Assembly (NCBI GenBank): GCA_965112155.1
Contig: OZ218110.1
Length of the DNA stretch: 64,000 nucleotides
Reading direction: 5' to 3' (one strand)
From: Podarcis liolepis
Lineage: Eukaryota
Below the pieces are notes generated by a model. It was not told the origin of the DNA, did no database searches, and was given only the letters and a program-made list of their open reading frames with translations. Both the position numbers and the translations under genes were made by a program. This document shows, one piece after another, positions 1 to 12,882 of the stretch. Position 1 is the stretch's first letter; each line of letters opens with the position of its first letter.

Positions 1-629
1 ATCAATGATTCCCCTTTGATTTCTGGCATATTCTCTTGGGCGATTGCAATGAATTCCATGAAGAAATCTGTTCAAAACTCACATCATCCAATTTAGATCA
101 GGATTCCATCTATGTGAGATCTGTTGTTGTTTTTTTTTTCAAGCCAGGTTGCTCAAACCAGGCAGAAGCTACTGATCATTCTGCGTGTTTAAGATATTTG
201 CTTTGCCTTTTTATTTATTTTACTTGCCACTCTTCATATCCCCCCCAAGAAAACCCTACACTACTGTTCAAACATACATATAGCATACACACAACCCGTA
301 CCCTCAGATAATCCATGCAGATAATCCGAGGAAGGAAGTTATTGCCCTGTTTGTGCTCATGGAAAGAGGGAGTTGATTATCAGATAGGAAATTATTTCCA
401 CCACCATCACAGTAGTGGGTTTTATCTACCGCAGCACCATAACTGGGAATAAACATCATTCAGTCACAGTTTCTCAATTTCCCAATCATAGCTTCAGTTT
501 TCCAAAATTCCACATCAGTTTACAATTTAATTTTAAGAAGTCTTATTGACAATAGAACTTGTGGACACGCTATGAAACTGATTGTTTAAAGATTGAGGAG
601 AAATAAAAGAAATCACTTCTTTATGCAGT

Positions 630-890
630 GCGTAGTTGCCTGCTTCCACAGGATGTGATGATACCCACCAACATGGATGGCTTTAGAAGAGAATTAGACA
701 AATTCATGCTCTGCCTTTCACAGTTGGAGGCAGCAATGCTTCTGAATACCACTTGCTGGAAACCATAGGTAAGGTGAATGCTGTTGTGCTTGAATCTTGC
801 TTGGTGGATTCCTACAGCCATCTGGTTGGCCATCGTGAGAACAGGATGCTGGACTAGATGCCAAAGGCCTGACGCAGCAGGCTCTTCTTA
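630..890 (+). mobile_element. CR1-type LINE 3' fragment
   Basis: Contains ggatgtgatgat...ggctttagaagagaattagacaaattcatg and gagaacaggatgctggactagatg...gcaggctcttctta, typical of sauropsid CR1 3' ends; boundaries approximate. Confidence 0.6.
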
Positions 891-1501
891 AAATTATTGA
901 GAATTACTCAAAATACAAACATTTTTCTATGCAATTATCTCCAACATACACATATTTGCAAATAAATTACCCCTAACATAATGCATATTTTCACTAATTA
1001 TATGCCTTCTTGTATATATTATGTGACGTCAGAAGTGCATTGGAAAATTCATAAAAGGGAGGATTTTTAAAGATGGCAATGTTGTGGTTCACGCATTATT
1101 TCAGAAAGGGTGAATTCAAGCCAGCTTGAATAGCATCACATATGATAGGCATTTAGAATTCTAGAGTTATATGTTACATATTTGGGAACCACCATAGTGC
1201 CTGAAACTCTGGACTCTATATTGGTCATCTTCCTTTGTTATTTCTGGGAAATTTTGTGACGTGCTGTGAGATTGTTTCTTTTTTTCATTGCAAAACACAG
1301 CAATGCTGCATTCAATAACCAATATGAAACCAAACTGTAAAATTCATGTCAAACAAAATTATTATTTTTTTCAAATTCCTTCCTTGATAAACAAGGCAGA
1401 GGCAAAATACATTAATTAATTACATTAATGACCTGTTTTTGTAAGCATTCATATTGTGAAACCAATGCAGTCAATGTTCTCCACACTTTTCGACCTGAAT
1501 T

Positions 1502-2455
1502 CTAATCAGTTCTGTGAAGCAGCTTGAAAGTTTTCTTTGCTGCATCCTTTACCTCCTTGTTCCTCAAACTGTATATAATGGGGTTGACCAGTGGGGTGAG
1601 CAGAGTGTAGAACAGAGAAAAAAGTTTTTTCAAATAACTCAGTGAACTCATATTTGGTAAGACATAGACTATCGTCAGTGAACCATAGAAGCAAGCAACA
1701 ACAGTCAGGTGAGAGGAGCATGTAGAGAATGCCTTTTGTTTACCAGTGGTAGATGGGATTCTTATAATTTTTTTGATAATGCAAACATAAGATGACACAG
1801 TTATTACAAGAGGGGGTAGTATGGCTACAAAGGAGACAATGAAGGCAGTCTTTTCAACCAAATCAGTGTCATTGCAGGAAAGTCTTACCATGGGGGTTAA
1901 ATCACAGAAAAAATGATTGATTTTGTTGGGCCCACAGAATCTCAGCTGAGATACGAAATATAGTACAATGTTCATACCCCAAAAGCCACTGATCCAAGAC
2001 CCAGCAATGAGCATGATGCAAATTCTGCCATCCATGAGCGTCACGTAATGCAGTGGTCTGCATATTGCTAAATAGCGATCATATGACATCACTGCTAGTA
2101 AGTAACATTCTGCAGCTGCAAGAGAACCAAAGAAATACAGCTGTGTAAAGCACCCTTTAATAGAAATAGTTCTGTCTCCAGTCAGAAAACTGACCAGCAT
2201 CCTTGGCATGATGGTTGAGCTGTAACAGGTTTCCAGGCAGGACAGGTTTCCCAGGAAGAAATACATGGGTGTGTGAAGACGCTGATCAAGAATCACTAGA
2301 ATAACAATGAGGATGTTCCCAGCTATGGTTGCAAGGTAAATAGGCAGAAACAGTATGGAAAATAAAACCCACAAATCTTCATTCTTAAAGTTCAAGAGGA
2401 TAAACATTATGGGCTCTGTTTGATTTCCATCTATATCATTGTTTTTCAGTTGCAT
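1502..2455 (-). CDS. Olfactory receptor, class II (OR6/OR11-like), intact, 317 aa (subtype A)
   Basis: N-terminal NQT sequon, GN, LHTPMYFFLGNLS, MSYDRYLAICRPLHY, HFFCD, KAFSTCSSHL, PLVNPIIYSLRN; ATG directly follows the acceptor-like ttatttatatag. Confidence 0.97.
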   Translation of the reverse strand: MQLKNNDIDGNQTEPIMFILLNFKNEDLWVLFSILFLPIYLATIAGNILIVILVILDQRLHTPMYFFLGNLSCLETCYSSTIMPRMLVSFLTGDRTISIKGCFTQLYFFGSLAAAECYLLAVMSYDRYLAICRPLHYVTLMDGRICIMLIAGSWISGFWGMNIVLYFVSQLRFCGPNKINHFFCDLTPMVRLSCNDTDLVEKTAFIVSFVAILPPLVITVSSYVCIIKKIIRIPSTTGKQKAFSTCSSHLTVVACFYGSLTIVYVLPNMSSLSYLKKLFSLFYTLLTPLVNPIIYSLRNKEVKDAAKKTFKLLHRTD

Positions 2456-2598
2456 CTATATAAATAAGACAATATCAAGAAAGAATTAGAGTTGAGTATT
2501 TGATGCTGAATTCACTTTAATTCATAGGATTATATCAATGACATGCAAAAGGCTGGGGGTTTGTACACAACCCGCACTTAAGCAAACAAAATTCTCTA

Positions 2599-2857
2599 CA
2601 GTAGAACTTTGGTTGCGAATGTGATCCATGCGGGAGGCACGTTCGCAACCCACAGCACTCGCAACCCGCATTGCTGTGTCTGCGCACACGTGTGACGCGA
2701 TACGGCACTTTTGCACATGCGAAAAGTGACATTTAGAGTATCTGCGCATGTGTGATTGCCGAAATCTGGAAGTAACCCATTCCGGTGCATCCGGGTTTGG
2801 CGTGCCCGTAACCCAAAAACACACAACCCGCAGCATTCGCAACACGAGGTATGACTG
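2599..2857. mobile_element. Tc1/mariner (Tigger-like) MITE
   Basis: CAGT...ACTG termini with TA on both sides (2597-98, 2858-59); homologous to 47148-47395; absent from the paralogous site near 6400. Confidence 0.8.
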
Positions 2858-3273
2858 TATTTCTGTTTCGGGATACATCACAACATTGACAATGATTCAG
2901 CTATGATATGATTGATGCATGCTATTCACTGCTATTTTTAGAATTAAATCTCTGGCACATTTACAGTGTAATCCAATACTGTACAATACTTATCTACTCT
3001 TAAGCAAATGACTTTGAATTCAATGTCAATTTGTGCCGCAGTCGGTAGAGCTTCTAATCCAAAAACAAATCTAGCACAATCTAAGCCACTGGGTGGATGA
3101 TAGGGGCTGCATAAAGCTTTCGGGGAGGTTTATGTTTCTGAGAGTTAAATAATAATCATAAAAAAGCTGAAATCCTATGTTCACTTAACTTGGGCTAAGT
3201 CTCAATGCTGTTAGCAGAATTTACTATTGAAAAAAACCTATAGAGGATTTGCCTGGAAGAGTTTCATGTGCCC

Positions 3274-3281
3274 CTTACCTT
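3274..3281 (-). promoter_or_regulatory. Putative splice donor of the 5' UTR exon of OR 1502-2455
   Basis: AAG|GTAAG on the minus strand, conserved in paralogous blocks at about 6843 and 10618. Confidence 0.6.
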
Positions 3282-3603
3282 GAAGCCAGAATTCACCAGA
3301 TTCTTGATGAATTCTGAGTTTTCCTCTGTATCACCCAGAATGGAAATATTTCACAAGTATCGTTATTTATTTCCAAAGGGCATCAACTTAATATATGTCT
3401 TGCTAGTATCATCCAGTATGTTTCAATATATATCACTAAGATTTTGTGACCATCTAGTGCTGCTCTGAAAATGTGGATACATCTCTTGTGGATATGGGTC
3501 AACTATTGCTGAATGCCATCAATATATAACTTATATTAACATTCACGTTTATCCATCTGTTTGTAAAATCTCAAAGGAGAATGAACACAGAGGAGACACC
3601 CGA

Positions 3604-3620
3604 TTCATGAGGGAAATTAG
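3604..3620 (-). promoter_or_regulatory. Conserved homeodomain plus O/E(Ebf)-like upstream motif
   Basis: CTAATTTCCCTCATGAA on the minus strand; near-identical copies at 7183-7197, 10980-10995 and 24883-24897, each upstream of a subtype-A OR. Confidence 0.5.
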
Positions 3621-4451
3621 TGGCACTCCTATGTCTACTGTAATAGCTTTCTTCCAGGGAAATCACTGATGGATTTGTTGAGATCCAAGAAACACCCAGT
3701 TATCTAGTAATGAGGAGCAGCATAATCACTTTGCAAAGCAAGCTGCAGCAGGTTCCCTCTGCGCCTTGCCGCCTTGGGGGGGATTACCCCATGTGCCTGC
3801 CCCAGGCAGTGGGACCTTATTCTCTGGCACTGCTGTGAACACAATTTGTTTAAGCTAAATTGTTTATGCTTTGTTTAAGATTGATTAAAACATACAATGT
3901 GAAGGGTTTATTTATATATAACAGGAAGCATAAGGGTACTAGTTCTAAACAGGAAATGGAGAGTAGGAATCAGTCTCATATGCAAGCCTGGCTTGTCTAT
4001 GAAGGATATTAAAAAACAGATGCTTTTTATTCCCATGTTGAATTGGGCTAAGTAGGACCAACTATAGGGTTTTCATTGGTTTCCATTGTCTCTGAAACCA
4101 GCAAAAACGGGTGCAAAAATGTGTTCAGGAGTGAAAATATTTGCCACACATACACAGCCTCTTACACAGAAAGGGAGGCTTTTTAAAGATGGCAATGTTG
4201 TGGTTCTTGTATTATTTCAGAAAGGGTGAATTTGGTAAGTTCACATTGAAATGAGAATCAAAATGAATTATTCTCTCACTAAAATTGTGGGACTTTTGAG
4301 GGCCAGAAATTAATTTATTCAGGTCTTGCATCAACCCTTCAAATTTGGGTTTCATCCACCTCTTTCCTAACTCTAAAAGCCCCAAATCTTAGAAGTCCAT
4401 TAAGAATTTCCATAAAGTGCCTGTGAATAGTTCAAAGCATGTGTATGTCTG

Positions 4452-4483
<32 letters not shown>

Positions 4484-4488
4484 TGTGT
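4452..4488. repeat. (TC)n(GT)n microsatellite
   Basis: Read directly from the sequence. Confidence 0.95.
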
Positions 4489-5311
4489 TCCTTACCCTAA
4501 CAGAATGGAGGGAACAGACTCTTGAACCCATTGTCAACAAGGAGTTTGGTATTATCCATCAGCTCTTTTTTTAAGTCTTTAGCAATTTCCCTTCCATTTT
4601 CAGAACCACCTATTTTTCATTTTTTCAACCATTTACATGCTCTCACATTATTTGACTTCTCAGTTACTTCTCTAATATGTGCAGGTGTCTGTGTATTTTG
4701 TTATGAAAGATTATTGTATTATTTCAGAATCACTTAAAAGTTCTTATTCATACTAATTCTGTTCTTTTGTTTTACACTTAACAGTTGACAGACCTTACCC
4801 TTTCTGACCACACATATTGTCAACAAATGATGTGCATTTGTTGCTTGCTTGGAATTATACATTGATCCTTCCTGCAGTCAAAAACTCAACAGCAATCTAT
4901 GCCCCTAAACATCCTGTTTCTTAGCTGCCCAAAGCCAGCTTGAATAGCATCACATATGATAGGCATTTAGAATTCTGGAGTTATATGTTACATACTTGGG
5001 AACTATCACAGTGCCTGAAACTCTGGAGTCTATATTGGTAACCTTCCTTTCTTATTTCTGGGAAATTTTGTGACGTGCTGCGAGATTGTTTCTTTCTTTC
5101 GTTGCAAAACACAACAATGCTGCATTCAATAACCAATATGAAACCAAAATGTAAAATTCATGTCAAACAAAATTATTTTTTCAAATTCCTTCCTTGATAA
5201 ACATGGCAGAGGCAAAATACATTAATTAATTACATTAATGACCTGTTTTTGTAAGCATTCATATTGTGAAGCCAATGCAGTCAATGCTCTCCACACTTTT
5301 CGACCTGAATT

Positions 5312-6264
5312 CTAATCAGTTCTGTGAAGCAGCTTGAAAGTTTTCTTTGCTGCATCCTTTACCTCCTTGTTCCTCAAACTGTATATAATGGGGTTGACCA
5401 GTGGGGTGAGCAGAGTGTAGAACAGAGAAAAAAGTTTTTTCAAATAACTCAGTGAACTCATATTTGGTAAGACATAGACAATCATCAGCGAACCATAGAA
5501 GCAAGCAACCACAGTCAGGTGAGAGGAGCATGTAGAGAATGCCTTTTGTTTACCAGTGGTCGATGGGATTCTTAGAATGTTTTTGATGATGCCAACATAA
5601 GATGATATGGTTATTAGAAGAGGTGGCAGAGTGCCTATAGAGGAGATGATGAAGGCTGTCATTTCAACTAAATCAGTCTTATCGCAGGAGAGTCTTATCA
5701 CAGGGGTTAAATCACAGAAGAAATGATTGATTTTGTTGGGACCACAGAATCTCAGCTGAGATACCAAAAATATTATGATGCTGATACCCAATGAGCCAGT
5801 GATCCAAGACCCAGCAATGAGCATGATGCAAATTCTGCCATCCATGAGCATCACATAATGCAGTGGCCTGCAAATTGCTAAGTAACGATCATAAGACATC
5901 ACTGCTAGAAAGTAACATTCTGTAGCTGCAAGAAACCCAAAGAAATATAGCTGTGCAAAGCATCATGAACAGAAATGGATCTGTCCCCAGACAGAAAACT
6001 GACCAGCATCCTTGGCATGATGGTTGAGCTGTAGCAGGTCTCCAGGCAGGACAGGTTTCCCAGGAAGAAATACATGGGTGTGTGAAGATGCTGATCAAGG
6101 ACTACTAGAATAACAATGAGGATGTTCCCAGCCATGGTCACAAGGTAAATAGGCAGAAACAGTATGGAAAATAAAACCCACAGATCTTCATTATTAAAGT
6201 CCAAGAGGATAAACATTATGGTCTCTGTTTGATTTCCATCTCTATCACTGTTTTTCAGTTGCAT
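5312..6264 (-). pseudogene. Olfactory receptor with a single 1-bp deletion (or an assembly error)
   Basis: 953 nt versus 954 in paralogs; gcatcatgaac at 5960-5970 versus gcatccatgaac in the 8053-9006 gene; both half-ORFs are otherwise intact. Confidence 0.9.
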
Positions 6265-8052
6265 CTAAATAAATAAGACATTATTAGGAAAGAATTCGAC
6301 TTGAGCATTTGATTCTGGATTCACTTTAATTCATAGGATTATATCAATGACATGCTAAAGGATGGTAGCTTGTACTCAACCTGCATTTAAGCAAACAAAA
6401 CTCTCTGTATTGGGTTACATCACAGCACTGACAACAGCGATCCAAATATGATATCATTGACACAAGCTATCCGCTGCTATTTTTATAGTCAAATCTCTGA
6501 CACACTTACAGCATAATCCAATCCAATACATATCTACTCTTAAGCAAATCACTTTGAATTCAATGTCAATTTGTGCAACAGTCAGTAGAGCTTCTAATCC
6601 AAAGACAAATCCAGAACCATCTGAGCCACTAAGTGGATGGGAGGGGCTGCATAAAGATTTTGGGGAAGTATATTCCTTAGTTTCTGAGAACTACAGGTTT
6701 TTGGTTTTTTTTTTAAAAAAAACAAAAACACAGAAATCCTATGCTCACTTAACTTGGGGTAAGTCTCACTGCAGTTAGCGAAACATACTATTGAAGAAAC
6801 TTATAGAGGATTTTGCCTGGAAAAGTTTCATGTGCTCCTTACCTTAAAGCCAGAATTCACCAGATTCCAGATGAATTCTGAGTTTTCCTCTGATTTACCC
6901 AAAATTGTAGATCATGGAAATAATTGCACAAGTATCATTATTTCCACAGGCATCAACTTAATGTATGTCCTGCTGGTAACAGTCCTACATCCAGTATGTT
7001 TCAATATATATCTGGAAGATTTTGTGGCCATCTAGTGCTGCTTTGAAAATGTGGATTATGGATATGTGGATATGGGTTAGCTACTGCTGAATATCATCAA
7101 TCTATAGCTTAAGTTAATATTCACATCTATCCATCTGCTTGTAAAATCTCAAAGGAAAATGAACACAGAGGAGACACCTGACTCATGAGGGAAATTATTA
7201 GTGTTTCTAATGTCAAAGCTTTTTCCTGGCAAATCACTGATGGATTTGTTGAGATCAAAGAAACTCCCAGTTCTCTAGTAATGAGGATAACATAAAAACA
7301 TAAAAAAATTGTTTTGTGAATAGCAGGCTCCCTCTTCACCTTGTCCCCTTGGGTGGGGGGGGGCACCCTGTGCACCTGCCCCAGGCAGTGGTACCTTACA
7401 CTCCACCACTGCTGTGAACACAACTTCTTTAAGCTAAATTTGTTTGAGCTCATTTTCCCCCCATCAAATTTGTTTAAGCTTTGTTTAAGATTGATTAAAA
7501 CATACAATATGAAGGGGTTTTTTTATAACAGGAAGCATAAGTGTATTGGTTCAAGACAGGAAATGGGGAGTAGCGGTCAGTCACATATGCAAGTCTGGTC
7601 TGTCTAAGAAGGATGATAAAAAATAGAAAAATGATTTTTTATTTCCATGTTGAATTGGGCTAAGCAGAGAGTCCTGCCTGAAATTCTGGAGAGCTGCCAT
7701 CAGTCAGTACTGGCAACACAGTGGAACAATGGGCTGACAACATATGATTCAGATTCCTCTTTTCTTTTTAGATAGTTTTATGATGCAATGCGAGGTTTCT
7801 CTTGTTGTAAATCACAACCACAAGGATAAACTACAAGAATAAACCAAAGGATTAATTCTATAATCCTTTCTCTTGATGCTGGACTCAATACCAATATGAA
7901 GCTAAGCTATATAATTCATACAAGGTCGAACTCCTGCTTTGATAAAGAGGTAAGGGGCAAAATATGCTAATTAATCAGAATCTGTCCCAGTAAAACATTG
8001 ACATCATAAAGCCAATAGTGGCAACGGTCTACTCCACATTTTTACCAGAAAT

Positions 8053-9006
8053 TTAGTGAGCTCTCTGAAGCAGCTTGAAAGTTTTCTTTGCTGCATCTTT
8101 TACTTCTTTGTTCCTCAGACTGTACACAAGGGGATTGACCAGAGGGGTGAGCATAGTGTACAACAAAGATAATAGTTTCTTCAGGTCCATTAAGGAACTC
8201 ATGTTTGGTAAGACATAGACTATCATCAGCGAACCATAGAAGCAAGCAACCACAGTCAGGTGAGAGGAACATGTAGAGAATGCCTTTTGTTTACCAATGG
8301 TGGATGGGATTCTTAAAATGCTTTTGATAATGCACACATAAGATGACACAGTTATTAGAAGAGGAGGTAGTGTGGCTAAAGAGGAGACAATGAAGGCTGT
8401 CTGTTCAACCAAATCTGTCTCATTGCAGGAAAGTCTTACCATGGGGGTGAAATCACAGAAAAAATGATTGATTTTGTTGGGCCCACAGAATCTTAGCTGA
8501 GATACCAAATATATTAGGACACTAATACCCAATGATCCACTGACCCATGATCCAACAATAAGCATGATGCAAATTCTTCCATTCATGAGCATTACATAAT
8601 GCAGTGGCTTGCAAATTGCTAAATACCGATCATATGACATCACTGCTAGGAAGTAACATTCTGTTCCTGCAAGACACCCAAAGAAATACAGCTGTGCAAA
8701 GCATCCATGAACAGAAATGGTTCTGTCTCCAGTCAGAAAACTGACCAGCATCCTCGGCATGATGGCTGAGCTATAGCAAGTCTCCAGGCAGGAGAGATTT
8801 CCTAGGAAGAAATACATGGGTGTGTGGAGGTGCTGATTATTCACCACTAATAGAATAATGAGGATGTTTCCAGCCATGGTCACAAGGTAGATAGGTAGAA
8901 ACAACACAGAAAATAAAACCTGCAGATCTTCATTATTAAAGTCCAAGAGGATGAATGTTATGGGCTCTGTTTGATTTCCATCTTCCTCATTGTTCTTCAT
9001 TGACAT
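8053..9006 (-). CDS. Olfactory receptor, class II, intact, 317 aa (subtype A)
   Basis: All OR motifs present; NQT sequon; cccccag|ATG. Confidence 0.97.
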   Translation of the reverse strand: MSMKNNEEDGNQTEPITFILLDFNNEDLQVLFSVLFLPIYLVTMAGNILIILLVVNNQHLHTPMYFFLGNLSCLETCYSSAIMPRMLVSFLTGDRTISVHGCFAQLYFFGCLAGTECYFLAVMSYDRYLAICKPLHYVMLMNGRICIMLIVGSWVSGSLGISVLIYLVSQLRFCGPNKINHFFCDFTPMVRLSCNETDLVEQTAFIVSSLATLPPLLITVSSYVCIIKSILRIPSTIGKQKAFSTCSSHLTVVACFYGSLMIVYVLPNMSSLMDLKKLLSLLYTMLTPLVNPLVYSLRNKEVKDAAKKTFKLLQRAH

Positions 9007-9061
9007 CTGGGGGGCGGGGGAACAGACAATATTGAGAAAAACATTGACATGTATATATGAC

Positions 9062-9225
9062 CAGGGGGTTTTGTCAACCAGAAGTCACTGGAACTCAGTT
9101 CCGGCCCCATTGCCATTATAAGCAGGTGGGAGACATTCATGGTGGGCCCCATTGCCATTATAAGACAGCAAGGGAGACATTCATGGTGAGTTCCGGCACC
9201 TCTTTTTCTAGAACAAATAGCAATG
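9062..9225. mobile_element. hAT-like MITE with an internal ~43-bp tandem duplication
   Basis: Imperfect 8-bp flanking repeat tatatgac/tatatagc; ggccccattgccattataag...gggagacattcatggtg occurs twice; inserted about 55 bp upstream of the OR ATG. Confidence 0.55.
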
Positions 9226-11770
9226 TATATAGCAGAGGTTCACATTAAGTGAAACACAAATTGAATTACAATGGTAATGACTAGGGCTGTGTAAAGGATT
9301 GGACTGAGATTTAAATTCTGAGCTAAATATGACCTATTTGGAGAGCTCCAAGCTTCAGCTGAGTTGGGTTGGGGAAACTGTGGATCCTTTTGTCCTGGGC
9401 TGTCAGGGAGTGGAGTTTCAGGCAGGAAAGAGAGACTGTCATGAGGTAGAAAAAGGAGAAAGAGAAAAAAAACCCATTTGGCAGCTACATTTTTGACAGA
9501 GAATGTATCTGTGTGAAGTATCTTCCTGCTTGGCCTCTCCTTCCTGCCCTCTAAAGTGGCATAGCACAGGATCAAACTCTCTCTGTTATGAGCTCTTAAC
9601 CAGGAAATTTTAACCTCGCACAGTGCTGATCACTAGGTTTTTTGTGAGAGGCTTGCCTTGCTTGTAGGGAAGCTGCTTGTGAAGGAACAGCACCATACAT
9701 GATTGGCTCCTCCTGCTTAATAGCTAGGAAGTGGGAGAATCTGATCCTTCACAGTGCTGGTGCTTTCATTCCCGACTGCATTTTTAAGCTGTATGTTGAC
9801 TCTTTGTTAAATGCAGCAGGGGTAAGTAGTTTCCAAGTTGACCCAAGGCAAATTGGCTCTATCTGGGAGCCAAAGATTGCAGCTGATTGGACATATTTAG
9901 GTTCATGGTGAAAGAGTTGCCTGGGCTTCTTAAATTAAAACCTGAACTGCAGGGTGTGAGAATTCGGGCAGGAAGGAGAGGCAAGCATGAGAAAGGAGGA
10001 GGAGGAAGCATAAAATGGAGGGACCTACTGGGCAGCTGCATCTTCAAGGGACAAGGTATGGGTGCAGGTGGATGCCTTTGTTTCCCAACCTCTAACTTGT
10101 CCTGCCAGGCCTCTACATTTTGCTGACCCTTGAAGCAGCACTGCACAGAATTGGATCTTCCCATTTAACAACTCTCAACCAGGAAATCTGGAAGCTGTTC
10201 AGTACTGGTTGCTTTTCTTTTATGAGCAGTTTCCCTTCCATACAGGGAATCTGCTCACAAAGGAGCAGAATTAGATTCCCTTGCTTAAAAACGGGTAAGT
10301 GGGGGGATCTGATCCTGCACAGTTCTGGTACACCCTTTCCCAACCATATATTTAAACTCTATGTGTCTTGTATGTTAAAATATGATATAATATTAAAATA
10401 ATATATAATATTAAAATATTTTAGCTATGCCTCCCAGGGGCCAAATATTAGAGCCCAGGTATTTGTTTGCTTTCATTTCTCAGAGCTATTTTGAAGGGAG
10501 AGAAGCTGAAATCCTATATTGGCTTAACTGAGAGTAAGCACCAGTGAAATTAGTTGAATTTACTACTGATTAGACACATTATAGGATTGCGCTTAAATAG
10601 TTGACTGTGCTCCTTACCTTAAAGCCAGAACAAACCAGATTCTTGAAGAATTATGGGTTTTCCTCTCTGCATCACACCAAAATGTGTCTCACAGAAAAAT
10701 TGCACAAGCATCATTTCTGCACGACCAACACATGTCAGATCTTGAATGTAAGTCTTGTTAGCAACTGTTCTGCATCTAGTAGTTTCAAGTATAAATCTGG
10801 AGGATTTCCCTGAAGTCTTGAAAATCTGATGCTGCACTGAAAATTTTGATGGATTTCTTCTTGATATTTGTCAGCTCTTGCAAGATGCAACCATTCCATA
10901 GTTTATGTAAGCATCCAAACCTATTAATCTGCTTGCAAAATCTCAATGGGAAATCGACACAGAAAAGTCAATGCCTAAATCATAAGGGAAATTAGTGGTT
11001 CTCCTAACACTATATCCATAACTTCCTTCCTGGCAAATCCCTGATGGATTTGTTTAACTCAAGGGAACCCTGTGATATCTAAAGCTCAAGGACAGTTTAG
11101 AAATCCATAAATATGCATACTACCAAAAAAAAATAAAATCTGTTAGAACTCATAATTTATAAAAACCTTTCTGGGTTATCCAAAGCCGAGATTCTGTATT
11201 CTGACTAAGTGATATCTGCCCATTTCATTCTCCATAATATAAATTGGAATACTGGTTTTTATGAAATGAATGATCCTTCTAGGCTAGCATAGTGAGACTT
11301 CCAGGGCTGCACCATGTTCATACAGGACCACTATTCAGCATGCCAATTAGAAATTTCATTCTCTCTCCATTAGGACTAGTTTATGTCTAGTAGTGTTGAT
11401 TTTTCTTTGTAGTCTTATTGATTTTATTTCCATGCTTTTTACTTGATTACTAGTTAGTTTGGTCTTTGCCATGGCAAAAAGAAAGCCGCCAAATTGGAGG
11501 ATAGATGAAATACTACATTATAAAGTCACATGGCCATTGGCTGGCTAAATATGAACATACAACTTTGTTCCATTTGAATCTTTGTGTCAGGGACTGGCTG
11601 GATGAGGAAGAGCTAGTAAGTGAGTTGGGAGATCAGAAAGTGAGAGAAACTCAGTGACCCATATGGCAGACAAATGGAACAGTTATCAAGAAGTGGCTCA
11701 GCACAAAACAGTGCAGAGGCAGAGTAGGAGGGACAGTTTTGTTTCACATTACTCCTGCTTGATTCTTAAA

Positions 11771-12037
11771 GAAAGCTGATTGCCATCCTTGGCATGATGG
11801 TTGAGCTGTAGCAAGTCTCCAGCCAGGATATGATTCCTAAGAAGAAATGCATGGGTGTGTGAAAATACTGATCAAGAATTACTAGAATAATAATAAAGAT
11901 GTTTCCAGCCATGGTTGCAAGTTAGATATGTAGAAACAATATAGAAAACAAAACCCAAATATCTTCATTATTCAAGTATAAGGATGAAAGTTATGGGCTT
12001 TGATTGATTTCGCTTTCTCATTGCTTTCCAGTTGCAT
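11771..12037 (-). pseudogene. Truncated OR relic (5' part only, subtype A)
   Basis: Translates as LHI*LATMAGNIFIIILVILDQYFHTPMHFFLGIISWLETCYSSTIMPRM with an in-frame stop; homology ends after TM2. Confidence 0.85.
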
Positions 12038-12212
12038 CTAAATAAATCATACAGAATCTAGGAGAAAAAATAGACTTGAATATATGATGTTGAAGTCACT
12101 TTGGAAGGTAATATCAAGGACATATCAAATGATTGTGGTTTGCATATGACCCATTTTAAAAATACATACAAAAATATGCTTTGATACTTTTAGCACTACT
12201 TTTTCCTGTCAG

Positions 12213-12347
12213 NNNNNNNNNNNNNNNNNNNNNNNNNNNNNNNNNNNNNNNNNNNNNNNNNNNNNNNNNNNNNNNNNNNNNNNNNNNNNNNNNNNNNNNN
12301 NNNNNNNNNNNNNNNNNNNNNNNNNNNNNNNNNNNNNNNNNNNNNNN
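12213..12347. other. Assembly gap (135 N)
   Basis: Run of N. Confidence 1.
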
Positions 12348-12882
12348 CAAGAATGGGTTTCAAAGCTTTACTGGACACAGCCTTATAATATTTACAAAGA
12401 AACATAACAAAATACAAAGTAACACATAGCTCTTTAACAGCAAGCAATGTGGTCCCATCTTCTTTTAAGTCCTTCATACAGTTCCAAAAACTTTCCTTTT
12501 TCTAGTGCCAGATAGATCCTAAGCAACTTGCTTCCATCAGCATCAGAGTTTGCCACTTGTGCCTAATGCAAACTTTTCTTGTAAAATGTTTTCAAACACA
12601 ATGCCTACAAAAATGCATTTTATGCGTATTAAATTACACCTTAAACCATTTTTACAATGAAGACAATATAGTAGCATACTAAAAACTGAGAGGAAATAGA
12701 AACAACTCAGACTTGGATTGGTTACAGATCAACCAATTGAACGATCTTCTGAGAATTCAAGTCAACAGCCACTTTACTAATCCAAGCAACAGTATTGAAT
12801 CAGGGTGATGCAGGGAGGGGATTGGAATCCACAATGTCCAAACAGCAGTTGCACCAGTGCTTATTTCTGGTATTCTCTGATA

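Noticed and set aside
1506-8272. Repeated Cys-rich 71-76 aa ORFs (MLLSPDC...) at 1506, 5316 and 8042
   Set aside because: Alternative-frame shadows of the conserved OR TM6-TM7 coding sequence; they recur only because the ORs are duplicated.
12156-12477. ORFs spanning X runs
   Set aside because: Artefacts of the N gap.
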